From Vicugna vicugna (lineage: Eukaryota), in the NCBI GenBank assembly GCA_013265495.1, contig MU060720.1:181425-245424 (forward strand): a DNA stretch of 64,000 nucleotides. Reading direction: 5' to 3'. The translations under genes and the position numbers were made by a program. Positions 11,507 through 22,549 of the stretch are shown here, piece after piece (within the stretch, counting starts at the first letter, position 1; each line of letters opens with the position of its first letter). The notes under the pieces are model-generated. The model saw only the letters and a program-made list of their open reading frames with translations, had not been told where the DNA came from and made no database searches.

Positions 11507-13731
11507 GGTGGGGCCTCGGGGAGGGCCAGCCGCTCTGTTCAGTTATAAGTCACGCGCAGGGCCCACCGGGCAGACGTGTTGTGTGCGCTCCTCACACACT
11601 CAGTGTAACACAACACGGTGAGCGCGGCTGCCGGACCCAAAGGAACAGCAGACGGTAGACGGTGCTTCCAGGAGGGCACCCGAGTCCCTTGACGGCGGCG
11701 GGGAGGCCCGAGCGCCACGCCGGGAGCTGGAACTCCATCTGGGCTGACCCTGAGGTGTTGCGCCGCCTCCCGCCAGCTACAGAAGTAAAATGTGCTCTAA
11801 GGAGAAAAGGAGAAACTGCCCATAGAAGAAAAAGTGAGGAAAAAATATAAACGAATGTTCAGAAGCCAACCGCTGCCCCGTCCGCCTGCCGTCTGGCCAG
11901 ATGCTTCCGGGTGTGTGTTCGAGTGGGAGTGAGTTCAGGTGTGATCACCCACCCTTCCCCGGGGAGCGGGCTTGTGGCCGGCGGGGGCAGGCATCACGGC
12001 CCCTCTCGGGCCCCCATGGGCCCCCCTCGGCTACGTGGTCTGTCCCGTGTCACCGGGGCACGTGGCTGCCCCAGCCATGTTTCTCCCACGTAATCGAGGC
12101 ACGTGGCTGCCCTCCCAGCCACGTGGTCTGTCCCGTGTCACCGAGGCACGTGACCGCCCTGTTAGGCTGTTGTCTGTTTTGTGCTCGGTGCAGTGAGCAC
12201 CCTGTCCGCGTGGACTTAGGGATTTTTGGGTCATTTCCTCAGGCTCATCCCTCGTGTTGCTAAGTCACCAGCTTCAGGCCTTTTAAGGGCTTTTTATACG
12301 TACAGACACGCTGTTTTGTAAAATGGATTAGCTTACGTTTCACCAATACTTAAAAGAACAAAAATTTAAGATTTTAGTCTCTGTTATTCTAATAGGAAAA
12401 AAAATCTCATTATCGGGGCCCGTCTAACTGGAGCCCACCGTGGCCAGCATTGATTGAGCACCTCCTGTATACAGGGGCAGTCTGAGCCATCAGAGGCAGA
12501 GCCAGCGTGGGGCCCCGGGGAGGGTGGTCCGCGAGGTCGGGGAGATGCAACGGGTGGAGGGCTTCGTGGTTCTGCGCCCAGCCCGGCTGTCGAGCCTGCA
12601 GGGAGCCCCCGAGGACAGTCAGCCCTGTCGGTCTCCAGCCCCCTCTGCGAGAGGAGACCACCTCGGCACGTGTCTTTGCCAGGGAAGAGTGGACAGCCGG
12701 GGCCCCTCTCATGTCTGCACGGAGGAGGGGGCTTCTGGGTCCTGCGTCTGTTTGGGGCCGAGCTCGTGACCTCTGGGGTTGGGGGCTGGCCCGGGTATGT
12801 GTCGTGTGGTTTCAGGACAACATCTGTGTCCATCGCTGAAACAGCCTTTGTCTGCATCCTCCGTCCCTTCATTTCACACCGTGGGGACCACGTGAGCCAG
12901 GTGCCCAGCGGGGGCACTCACCGGGCTTGGGAGCGGCGTCAGCACAGAGCTGGGGGATCTGTCTACCCACCCGGAGCGTGTGTGCCGGGCTGGGCCACAG
13001 AGCAGGGTGGAGACGTGGCGGGCAGGCAGGGCTCACGGAGGAAGGCATTCAGGAGAGCCATGACAGGGGGCCCGGGTTTCTCCCCTCCGTCCCTGTGACA
13101 AGACCGCACAGCCCTCTGAGCCTGGGCGTCCCCACTTCTGACACCGTGGCGGTGACTCCTCCTGCTCCCAAAGCTGGGGTTGCATCTCCTGAAATACTGT
13201 GCCTGCTCCGTAGACTGTAACTAACACAGCCCTCACCACACGCGCACGCACGCACATGCACACACACGCACGGGATGGTGTGTGATCCGGAAAGTAATTA
13301 CAACCTGAAACTTTCCCCGCTGTTGGATAAGCTTAAAAAAAAAAAAAGAGCAGATAAAATTGAGAATTCTCTCAGTCATTAGTTGGCTCGTTCACGTCAG
13401 CGCTGACAGTAACGATCGTGATGGTGGCCGGCGTGGACTGAGCGCCTTCTGTGTACGGGCACATTTACACGCGCTGGCCCAGGGCATCGCTTCGTCCCCC
13501 TTGCAATCACCCGCTGTTGGTTCCCAGAATCGTGTCCCCTGTGTCTGGAGTCTAGCGCCCAGGGGACCTGCTAAGTGGGTGGCTCTCCAGGTGGGGAGGT
13601 GACCGGTAGTGGCGGCTGTGGCTTAATGTTTACGATTAAGCTGCAGAAAGTCCGCGGCCCCTCCCTCTCCACGGGGCTTGCGACATGTGGGTGGCGGGAG
13701 ACTCCGAGTGACCGTGTCTTGTCATTTTCAG

Positions 13732-13784
13732 GCTCTGCGGGCCCCCTCGCCGGCCGCGTCTCTGTGCTGTGACAGACCGTGCAG
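13732..13784 (+). CDS. TNS3: 53-nt upstream TNS3 exon (ALRAPSPAASLCCDRPC-R); 5'UTR or N-terminal extension
   Basis: Acceptor cttgtcattttcag, donor CAG|GTGAGT. No stop; in frame with ATG 15121 via exon 15099. Resembles recalled human APGSSTLSSSLCRDKPLR. Confidence 0.85.
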
Positions 13785-15098
13785 GTGAGTGTCGGTCACC
13801 CCAGCTCCTCGGGGTGCCCCTGGCCGCGGGCAGACCTCCCAGCGTTACCCGTGGTCATCGAGATGTCGTCTTCAGTTTTAAGATGAATGCTCGAGGGGGA
13901 GCCACCCCATGATGCTGTCTCTTTTTCCGGGTGTGATCGCCCAGCGTTAGGATCCCTGAGTGTGGAAGCGTTCAGTAAATAATTACGTAGCCGCGATTTG
14001 ATGGTGAAATGCAATTTGGGGCGGGGGCCGGGGGTGAGTTCCAGAGTGGACTCCAGCCCGTGGAACACGCAGGTGCCCGGGACGGCCCCAGCCAGCACCC
14101 CACGCGCACGGGCCCCCGGGGAGATCACGGTTGTCCAGGACACACTGGTGTTAATTTTAACACGAGTGTCAAAAAACACGTGACCTGATTTTCAAAAAGG
14201 AATCAAAACTCTTTCACATCCATGTCTGGGGCATAAGGTAGAGAAAAAAAACCTTGGCCATTGTGTAGATTTGAATAAACCCACTTTAAAAGGTTCATGG
14301 TGTTGGGTATTCGACCTTGTTGTAGATATCTCTCAAACGTGTCTTTGTCGTTTAGAAATAAATGTAGAAATGTTCATCCCTGAGGCCGCCCGCCTCCCCG
14401 GGGCCTATGCTGGGAGGGGACTTCAGGCTGCGGTCCCCCGTGCAGCATGTCCTCGTGATGAGAAGCGGGGCTCTGCCTGGGCTCCCCACACCAGCCAGCC
14501 CTGGCCAGGGCCTGCCCTCCACCGCCGGTTTCATGCCCTGGGCGTTTCTACCCCTCTCCCTCCCTCCCCAGACCCCATCGTCCGGTTCCTGCCGCCCGCC
14601 CCGGTCTGCTCGCCCTCGGTTCCTGCAGACGTTAGCCCCCGCCTCCCGTGGCTGGGATTCCTCCCCAGCCCGTCCCTGGGCCTGCGGCCCCCACACCTGG
14701 CAGAGACTGGTGAACACAGGACCAGCCGCCGGCGTAGATGCCTCCACCACCCACCCCACACGATGGGCGGCTTCTTCCCGGCTCCCTGCCGCGGGCCTGA
14801 TGCCCCGGAGCGAGGAAGGCTCCTCCCTCCAGGGTCCCGGCTTCCTGAACCTGGCCGGCCCGCTGCAGGCATCTCCATCGGGCCCGCAGCACCGCCGGGT
14901 GCCCCGTGTCCTCTGCGTACGCCCTGCCCCAGTCTGTTAAGGCCACTGAGACGCGGGCCCTCCTGTGACGGGAAGTACTCAGACTGTGGACAGGAATCCT
15001 GCAGGTGCCGGCATCAGGTCCGGCGTGCACAGAGTGAATGTCCCCCCTCCCCTGGCCCTGGTCCTCAGGGCCTCTCCTGAAAGCTGCCCCTCCCCCAG

Positions 15099-15270
15099 GC
15101 CTGCGACGCGGAGCCCCGCCATGGAGGACGGCCGCGAGCTGGACCTCACCTACATCACCGAGCGCATCATCGCCGTGTCCTTCCCCGCCGGCTGCTCCGA
15201 GGAGTCCTACCTGCACAACCTGCAAGAGGTGACACGCATGCTGAGGTCCAAGCACGGGGACAACTACCTG
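15099..15270 (+). CDS. TNS3: TNS3 exon with canonical start ATG at 15121 ([11 protein letters not shown]...KHGDNYL), start of PTP-like domain
   Basis: Acceptor ccctcccccag, Kozak gccATGG, donor CTG|GTGAGC. Confidence 0.97.
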
Positions 15271-16911
15271 GTGAGCGGGGCTGGGGGGCATCGAGCGTGG
15301 GGACAGTGGGGGGACACCAAGTGTGGGGGACGCCGAGTGTAGGGACGGGGGAGACACAGGGTGAACACACTGAGGGGAACACTGATCACGGGTTCAGCTG
15401 GGAGGACACTGAATTTGCTGAAACTCGAGGAAGCCGCCCGTGTCCTGGGGTCTCTCTGGCCGTCCGTCCGTCTTGCCACAGGTTGGTGCTCTGGGACCCG
15501 TGGGTCACGAGCGAGGTCCCCAGGGAGCAGGACTCACAGGGCCGCGGTGGTCCGGGCAGGGCCGCCCTGGGGGAGGCCCAGGTCTCCTCGGGCCTGCGCA
15601 GCCACGTGGCCTGTGGCCCCTGTGGGCCCGCCTCCCCGCTGGGTTGGGGATGGTGTTTGGCCTCCCTGGTGTGGATGCCCGCTTTCTGTCTCCCCGAGGT
15701 CAGCCAGGAGGACCGGGCATTGCCCGGCTCCACTGTGAAATGCGGGGCGTCTCTGGCTGGGTCCACGGTGAGGGGAAGTGGGGGACAGCATCTTCCTGAC
15801 CCCCCTCCATCTCACCCAACCCTGCGCCTGTCAGTGGCCCTGCGTCTGCGTTCTCCGTGGGTTCTGATCACGACTTGACTTAAATTCCAGCTCCTCGCCT
15901 TCCTGGACCTGCCCGGTGTGGCCTCGGGTATCTCCTGGAAGCTCTAATCTTTACCCCAAGCTGACAAGGCTTATTGTCATCCTTATCAGCCTCCTCAGGT
16001 GACAAAAGGGCAGGCAGGGCCCAGAGGCAGCTCGGCCGGGGCCACACAGGGTGGCGGTGTCCACCTGCCCTGTGGACCGTCTCCTCCTGACCCCTCCCAG
16101 GTGGTGGATGTGCTGAGCCTGGTCCCTCCTTCCTCCCTGCTCCAACGCACCATCCACAGGGGTCTTGCCAGGGCCTGGGGCTGGTGCTGGGGGACAGGTC
16201 CTCCCCTGACACTGGTGGGGCCTTGTCGGGACCACAGCCCCCCTTGCAAACAGCAAGAGTGTGGGTCCCCACCACGTTTGGGGACAAGGAACTCAAAAAT
16301 CGGAGGAAAGACATGTGGTGTCTTCTGCTACTCTGAGTTAAGGACCCCAGGCTGTGCACCTGTCTTCCCCAGGGACATCTGAATTGTATGCTCTGACAGG
16401 TGACTGCGGGGACAGAGCACCCCCACCGGCACGCTGACCCTCCAGGGTGAGGTGTGTTAGCCCCAGGCGCTGGCCCTTCAAGGGAGGTGCTAAAGGGCAC
16501 ATGTCCCAGGGCACGGGAGGCAAAGAGCCAGGACCCAGGTCTGTGCTGAAGTACCCCCTGTTCCCCTTCCACTTTCCCGGGGGTGTGGTCGGTTCCACAG
16601 CCACACTGGTCCAGGGGTGCAGCATGTGGCCCTGGGGCCTCCCAGACCGGTCCCCTCGCAGCCCCAGGGCAGGGACGGGCTCCTCACCCTGCTGCCATCC
16701 TCCCAGGAACGCTGCGCCCTCTGGGTGTGTCTGCCGGCCTGAAACACCTGTTTGTTTTGTTGGCTTTTCATTCCGTGACAGTTACACGCCGTACACGTCA
16801 GTCTTCCATCCTCCTTGATATCTCGAAGGCAAACGGCGCTGAGAAGGCAGGTCTCTCCTCTCTGACCCCTGAGGGTGACAGTTTGACTAACGGCTGCTTC
16901 TCCCCCCGTAG

Positions 16912-16962
16912 GTGTTAAACCTTTCGGAAAAGAGATACGACCTGACAAAGCTCAACCCAAAG
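16912..16962 (+). CDS. TNS3: TNS3 exon VLNLSEKRYDLTKLNPK
   Basis: Branch-like gactaac at 16885-16891, acceptor ccccgtag, donor AAG|GTAGGT; 51 nt, phase 0-0. Confidence 0.96.
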
Positions 16963-17025
16963 GTAGGTCCGTGATGTTTGTCCTGCTCGTATGAAAGTAG
17001 TTTGTGGCGGTGCTGCAGGAAAGTG

Positions 17026-17588
17026 TGTCACAGCTCAGCTGTGACAGCAACCTGGAGCCGGGCGAGGGACCAAGCAGCACTCGGAGGGCTGGAAAACTCA
17101 GGTTTATCACGCCAGTGGGCCCAGAGGTGTTAACACTCCGAGCTCTGGACCCTGTCTGTGGGTTTACTCAGGCCTTTATAGGTGCCAGTTTACACTTTGC
17201 AACATCATATGCAAATAAGGTCTAATGAAAGTTGACTAATGAGGAACGAGCTTTGTAAAAATGGACCAATCAGGAGGGAGAGAAATAACCAATCAGGAGT
17301 GAGCTCCATTCAAATGAAGTACTACAAAATGGACCAATATGAGGGAAACAGGCCATTCAGGAGTGAGAGAAATAACCAATCACTAGTGAGTTCCATGCAA
17401 ATGAAGCACTACAAACGGGCCAATCAGGAGTGAGCTCAGGGAACCAATAGAACTTCAGGGGTAAATAAGCTGTTTAGAGGCAGAAAGTGAGACAGAGCCT
17501 CTGGGCCAGGGAGCCAGGTGGTGCTGGCAGGAGAGCAGTGGCCCTGCCTGGGGGTCCTGCCCATCTTTTTATGGGGCTTCCCGCCTCA
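17026..17588 (-). mobile_element. ERV1-type solo LTR, antisense to TNS3
   Basis: Minus strand runs TGAGGCGGG...GCTGTGACA (TG..CA ends), with U3 internal repeats, 6 CCAAT boxes, TATAAA at 17175-17180 and a degenerate GATAAA poly(A) signal at 17103-17108. TSD not resolved. Confidence 0.8.
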
Positions 17589-17664
17589 GCAGGTCTTTGT
17601 GGGATTCGACGTAAGAAGGGGTGTTAGGAACTGTTCACATCCAGGACTAAGGTTGTTTCATCTA

Positions 17665-17785
17665 TTTTTTGGGGAGGGGGAGTTAGGTTCGTTTATTTGT
17701 TTGTTTTTGGAGGAGGTCGTGGGGTCTGAACCCCGACCCTCACGCACGCGAGCTTGTGCTTTACCACTTGAGCTATGTCCTCCTC
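17665..17785 (-). mobile_element. tRNA-derived camelid (vic-1-like) SINE
   Basis: Reverse complement GAGGAGGACATAGCTCAAGTGGTAAAGC...GGTTCAGACCCC plus A-rich tail. Confidence 0.8.
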
Positions 17786-17796
17786 TCTATGACTAA

Positions 17797-18069
17797 CTTT
17801 TTTAATTAATCTTTTTAGAGTTCAAAATAGTTATAAACTCACAGGAAGTTGAAAAAAATAATACAGAGAGAGCCCACGCAGCCCTGGCCCCGTCTTCCCT
17901 GGGGGTCATGTCTTGCATAACTCAGAGTAAAATATTAATGCCGAGAAGTGGACCTTGGTACCATCCACAGACTGCATGAGGCTTCCACTGGGTTTCCCTG
18001 CAGCTGTGTGTGTCTGTCTGTGTGTGTGTCTGAGACCACCGCCACGATCAGATTCAGAACATTTTCACC
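17797..18069 (-). mobile_element. L1MC-like 3' end fragment
   Basis: aaactcacaggaagttgaaaaaaataatacagagagagccc...catgtcttgcataactcagagtaaaat matches recalled L1MC 3'UTR in reverse. Confidence 0.65.
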
Positions 18070-18099
18070 TCAAAGCTCTCCCTCCTCCATCCATTATTC

Positions 18100-18252
18100 T
18101 CTTTTGGGGGGGGGGAGATAATGAGATAATCGAGTTTATCTATCTATGTGTTTAATATATTTAATATACTTACTTAATGGAGGTCCCAGGGGTTGAACCC
18201 AGGACCTTGTGCATGCTAAGCACGTGCTCTACCACTGAGCTAGACCCTCCCC
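18100..18252 (-). mobile_element. tRNA-derived camelid SINE
   Basis: Reverse complement GGGGAGGGTCTAGCTCAGTGGTAGAGCACGTGCTTAGCATGCACAAGGTCCTGGGTTCAACCCC. Confidence 0.9.
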
Positions 18253-18353
18253 TCAATATTCTTTGTTTTTGGTACAGTGTTCTTTTTAGTAGCCAAGATT
18301 TAGGGGGACATTTTGGGGACTGTTGTAAGTGTAAGTTATGGTATATATGGTGC

Positions 18354-18371
18354 ATATATATATATATATAT
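18354..18371. repeat. (AT)9 microsatellite
   Basis: Read directly. Confidence 0.9.
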
Positions 18372-19213
18372 ACTCCACATGTTGGGATATTTGGAGCCAT
18401 TGGAATACAAAGCACGGCATGGTGAGCTGCCTGTGTCACTGCCGGTCAGCAAGGCAGAAGCGAGGATTTAAGTCTTAACAGGGATTCAGCTCTGCGCAGT
18501 GTGCACAGAAATGCAGTGCAAGGGGGTCATGGCACCGTACGGCTGTCGGCTCCGAGTGGAAAAGGGGTGTGTGACTTTCTCTGCTCCCGGCCTGTTTCTG
18601 AATTGCGCCATCATTTGGCACAATTTCTATTGCTTTTATAAGAAGACAGAGCTCTGCCTCCCCTCCCCACTGAGAAAAGGAGAGGAAAGCAAAGATGACA
18701 CCCTTGCAGCCGCGGGTGTAGACCAGGGCATGTGTGTGTCTGCGCACAGACCTCGTCATGTGACGATAGCTTTCTGTGTTTCTCGGTTGTGACCCAGGTT
18801 CGGAGGCCTTCCCCCGGCAGGGCAGGGCCCTATCCTCTGAGGAGAAGTTATCTGCCCCGTGAGTGGGCGCAGGGGTGGCCCGCGAGCTTTCCCAAGCTGC
18901 CATTGCAGTCTGAGCGGAGGAATCTTGGCAGCGGCTGGGGCCAAGCACCCCTGACCCAGGGCCGGCCAGGCGGGGCTTCTCCCCGTGAGCCAGGCGTTCG
19001 GCGGCTCCCGAAAGCCCTTCCCCCAGTTGCCCCCCCAGCTGCAGAAAAACAGTGAAGACCCCAGGGGGAAAACATAATCTTTCATATTTTTCTGTGCAGT
19101 AAAGCTGCTTGGGCGCAATTCCCACTACGTTTTAGAAAAGGAGCAGGCAGTGTTGTTCTTGACTCTAAAATGAAATATTTTGATAATTAAAAAAAAAAGA
19201 AAGCAAGAAACAC

Positions 19214-19657
19214 TGTCGACTGGAAAAAAAAATAAAAAAGCACAACCTAATAGTTGAGAATGAGGTTTTATTCGGTGGAAGAAACTGAGGACGTAAGTCC
19301 AGGAGACAGCGTCTCAGATTTCCCGGAGGGACTTCTCTGAAGAGGTAGGGGAGGAGCCAGGATATATGAGATGTTGCGTCCAAGACGCGGTAGTTGGAAC
19401 ATGAAACGCTGCCTGTTAATTAATGAAAACCAGGCATCTCAAGTTGGAATTTAGTGCTTTTTTATGTATGGGAAGGTGCAAAGTTTGGGCTCATTGGAGT
19501 CGCCTTGGATGTGCACCTGAGCTCTCCAGGGCCAGTGTCCTGTCCTCCCCTGTCCTGAGTACCCCTGGGCACTGCTGGGGGTGGGGCAACGGCTGAGGGC
19601 TGGACGGCCGCGGCATCCTTTGTTCACTGATGTGGCGGGGCACCCCTCTCATTCGCA
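19214..19657 (-). mobile_element. Second ERV1-type solo LTR, antisense, different family
   Basis: Plus strand tgtcgactg...ctcattcgca (TG..CA), minus-strand AATAAA at 19267-19272. Matches a recalled laurasiatherian/cetartiodactyl LTR throughout (aaccaggcatctcaagtt...tatgtatgggaaggtgcaa...catcctttgttcactgat). Confidence 0.8.
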
Positions 19658-19687
19658 CCGTCATCACCTTCTCTGTGTGCCCCGCAG

Positions 19688-19810
19688 ATCCTGGACGTGG
19701 GCTGGCCCGAGCTGCACGCGCCACCCCTGGACAAGGTGTGCACCATTTGCAAGGCGCAGGAGGCCTGGCTGAACAGCGACCCCCAGCACGTGGTCGTCAT
19801 TCACTGCAGG
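19688..19810 (+). CDS. TNS3: TNS3 exon ILDVGWPELHAPPLDKVCTICKAQEAWLNSDPQHVVVIHCR
   Basis: Acceptor ccccgcag, donor AGG|GTGAGC; 123 nt. Confidence 0.97.
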
Positions 19811-22484
19811 GTGAGCGCCCGCCCGCTGGGGTTTGTGGGTCGGTTTTCATACTCATCCTTCGGGGAAAAAAAACCAAGAGTCCTGCAGCCTCCCAGTGTC
19901 CGGCTTCAGCACGTGTGGGGCTGAGCTGCACGCAGTAAAATACCGCAGGAGAGCGCGTGCCTTCATTTCCACGCACTGTTATCAACGGAAGCCCCTTCTG
20001 CAGAAGCAGGGCGCTGCTAACGATGCGGGCCACCTGCTCTGCGCGGCCTAGCTGGCCAGACACGGTGGACAGGCTGCTTCCCCGGCAGGGACGGGACGTG
20101 TCCACCCTGGCGGGGGCAGCATCCAGGCTGCCCGGACCCGCTTCCCTCCCTCCTCCCATCTCCTGCTTCTGCAGCTTCTCAGCTGCCCTGGAGTGTTCCC
20201 AGCCTCCCCTGCAGCCCCCAATTCCGCACGCCTGATCCTTTCCCCAGACACCGCGAGCTCGTGCCGCGCCGGGAGAGGAAGGCTCTGCCCAGGGAAGGTG
20301 CGGAGGGCGGGCTCCGGCCCGGAGGGAGGGGCCGGCCGCCCCTGCTCTGTGCATTTTACACCGAACTCCGAGGCCATCAGCACGTCTCGTACGTGAAGAC
20401 GTCTCCGCCTGGCAGCGTTTCTTCTCTCCGACTTGGCACGCTCTGAAGCTGCACAAAACCCTCTGCATCAGGGACCTGTGTTTAAAAGAGCCGCCCCTTC
20501 GTGTCGTGGCCCCGCAGGAGCCCTGAGACCGGCCCCGAGGGTGAGACAAAGCTCCCACGCCCCGGACCTGACAGTCGCTCGCCCAAGGAAGAGCCGCCGG
20601 GAGCACAGAAGGCGTCTCTCTGCCTGTCTTTCTCTCGCCTCCGATGTGATCACGTTGTCTCGCCAGCAGCCAGGTGGTTCCAGTGGTTCTCCTGCCAAAT
20701 TAACCAAGTTAAAATGGAGAAACAACAGAGAAGAATTAGTGAAATCAAAAAAGCTGGAGACGAGTGAAGCTGATCATCTCCGGACCACAAGGGCCTCGGC
20801 ATGCAGAGACCCCCAGAGCGCGCCCTTTTCCTGAACGGCGCTCGGCTCTCCGGACGCGTCTTGTTAGTGGGATTCACTGGCAACACCTTGAAACGTCTCG
20901 GGAGCGGTTTGCCCACCTCACGCTGTCGGGGAGGCCGTGAGCCCTTCCCGAGACGTTCTAGGAAACGTGCCGCGGGGGAGAAGCGGCCTCGTGATTGGGA
21001 CCTGCCGGCGTGGACGCTGAGGGAGGTCGGTCACCCTGCTGCTGGCGGGACGTCGTGGGCGTCTGTCCAGACGTGCTGGGCCTGCAGGTGCGCCCCTCCT
21101 CCCAGGAGAGGGCCCAGTGCGTGGGGCCGACGGGCTCGCTGGTACCGGCTGAGCAGAACCACCCCGCGATTCTTCTGGACGGTTTCGCCCCGTCTGCACC
21201 GCTGAGTTTGGAGCCGTTGGGGAGGAATGTTCACGGCGAATCCTGCGATCAGTGATCCGGATGAAAAATTCAAGTCCCAAGACGGTTGCTTGTGCTTGAA
21301 GACTTCCTGCCCGTCAGCAGTGCCCCGGAAACAGCGGCTGGTGGTTGGGGACGGCCGCGCGGAGGCCCCCGCGTGTGCGGACCGGGCGGAGGTGCTGTCC
21401 ACGTGCAGGGTTGACACCAGAAGCCTCCCGGGGGGTGCACGGTTCCAGCTGCAGGCGCTGGGGTCTGGTGTGGACGGCTGGCTGTGCATCTGCCCGAGTG
21501 TACTGAGCGTCCACGAGGACATGGGGGTCACGAGGCTGAGGGGAGGACGCTCCCGATGCCATTCACGCGTCAGGATCCAGCCCCAAGTGTCCTCCGTCCT
21601 CCCTTGTCCAGGACGCACCGGGGACCTGCGTGCTGGTGGCGCAGCTGTCTGGCCCACGTGATTCTGGACCAGGGCTGTCGCCCACTGTCCTGGAGAGACC
21701 CAGACGGGCACCCGCAGCTCTGGGCCCCGCGGGCCCCTCACACCTCCCGTCGCCGGTGGACACAGCCCCGAGGTTCCTGAGCAGCCAGGCGTGGCCGTGT
21801 TCTGACAGACTTTCCCCGGGAACACTGACGTGTGACGATCACGTGACTTTATGTGTCATTGGAATGGCATTCTTTTGGTTTTTCTTCAGCTGTTTGAAAG
21901 TGTAAAAACAGCTCTTAACTCACAGGTGGCCGGTGCTCCGGGCATGGGCGGAGGTGGCTGGTCGGCCGACCGCCGTCCGGGGTCGTGCCGGTGTGTTTTG
22001 GAAGGTGGTGGTCCCTGGTTCCACCAGGGGAAGGGGGCCTGTCATGGAGCCCGGGTGCCTGCAGCTGGCTTATGGTGGCTGCAGAGACCTTGGTCCTGCC
22101 GGGCTGTCCTGTCCGGGCTCCTTGGCCCTCTGTGATGCTGGTGGCTGGCTGGGCTCGGCTGTCCTGCTCCTCTGGGCCGTGTGTGCTGCGCTCCGAGCCC
22201 TGGGCCTGTGCGTGGGGCGTGAGTCGTGTCCATTGCTTCTGCCCCGGCTTCACTGGGACACGGGGAACCGAGTGGCCGCCTATGTGCAGACCAGCCTGGG
22301 GGGCGTCCTTCGATGCCTGGGGAGCACTTGCTTCGGCCGGCTGCTGGCCAGCGGCCTCCCGCAGGCGTGTGCCCCGCCCCAGGGCAGGTCTGCACAGAGG
22401 ATGCTTCCCTCCAGACAGGCTCCGTGCTGCGCTGCGGGGTGAAGGGCTGCGCCCTGCTCTGACCGCCTCTCTCCCCTCCTGCAG

Positions 22485-22549
22485 GGCGGGAAGGGACGCA
22501 TCGGGGTGGTCATCTCGTCCTACATGCACTTCACCAACGTCTCCGCCAG
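22485..22549 (+). CDS. TNS3: TNS3 exon GGKGRIGVVISSYMHFTNVSA-S (P-loop second half)
   Basis: Acceptor ctcccctcctgcag, donor CAG|GTAGGA; 65 nt. Confidence 0.97.

Noticed and set aside
20714-20767. Good-Kozak short ORF MEKQQRRISEIKKAGDE
   Set aside because: 17 aa, intronic, no donor site or promoter evidence.
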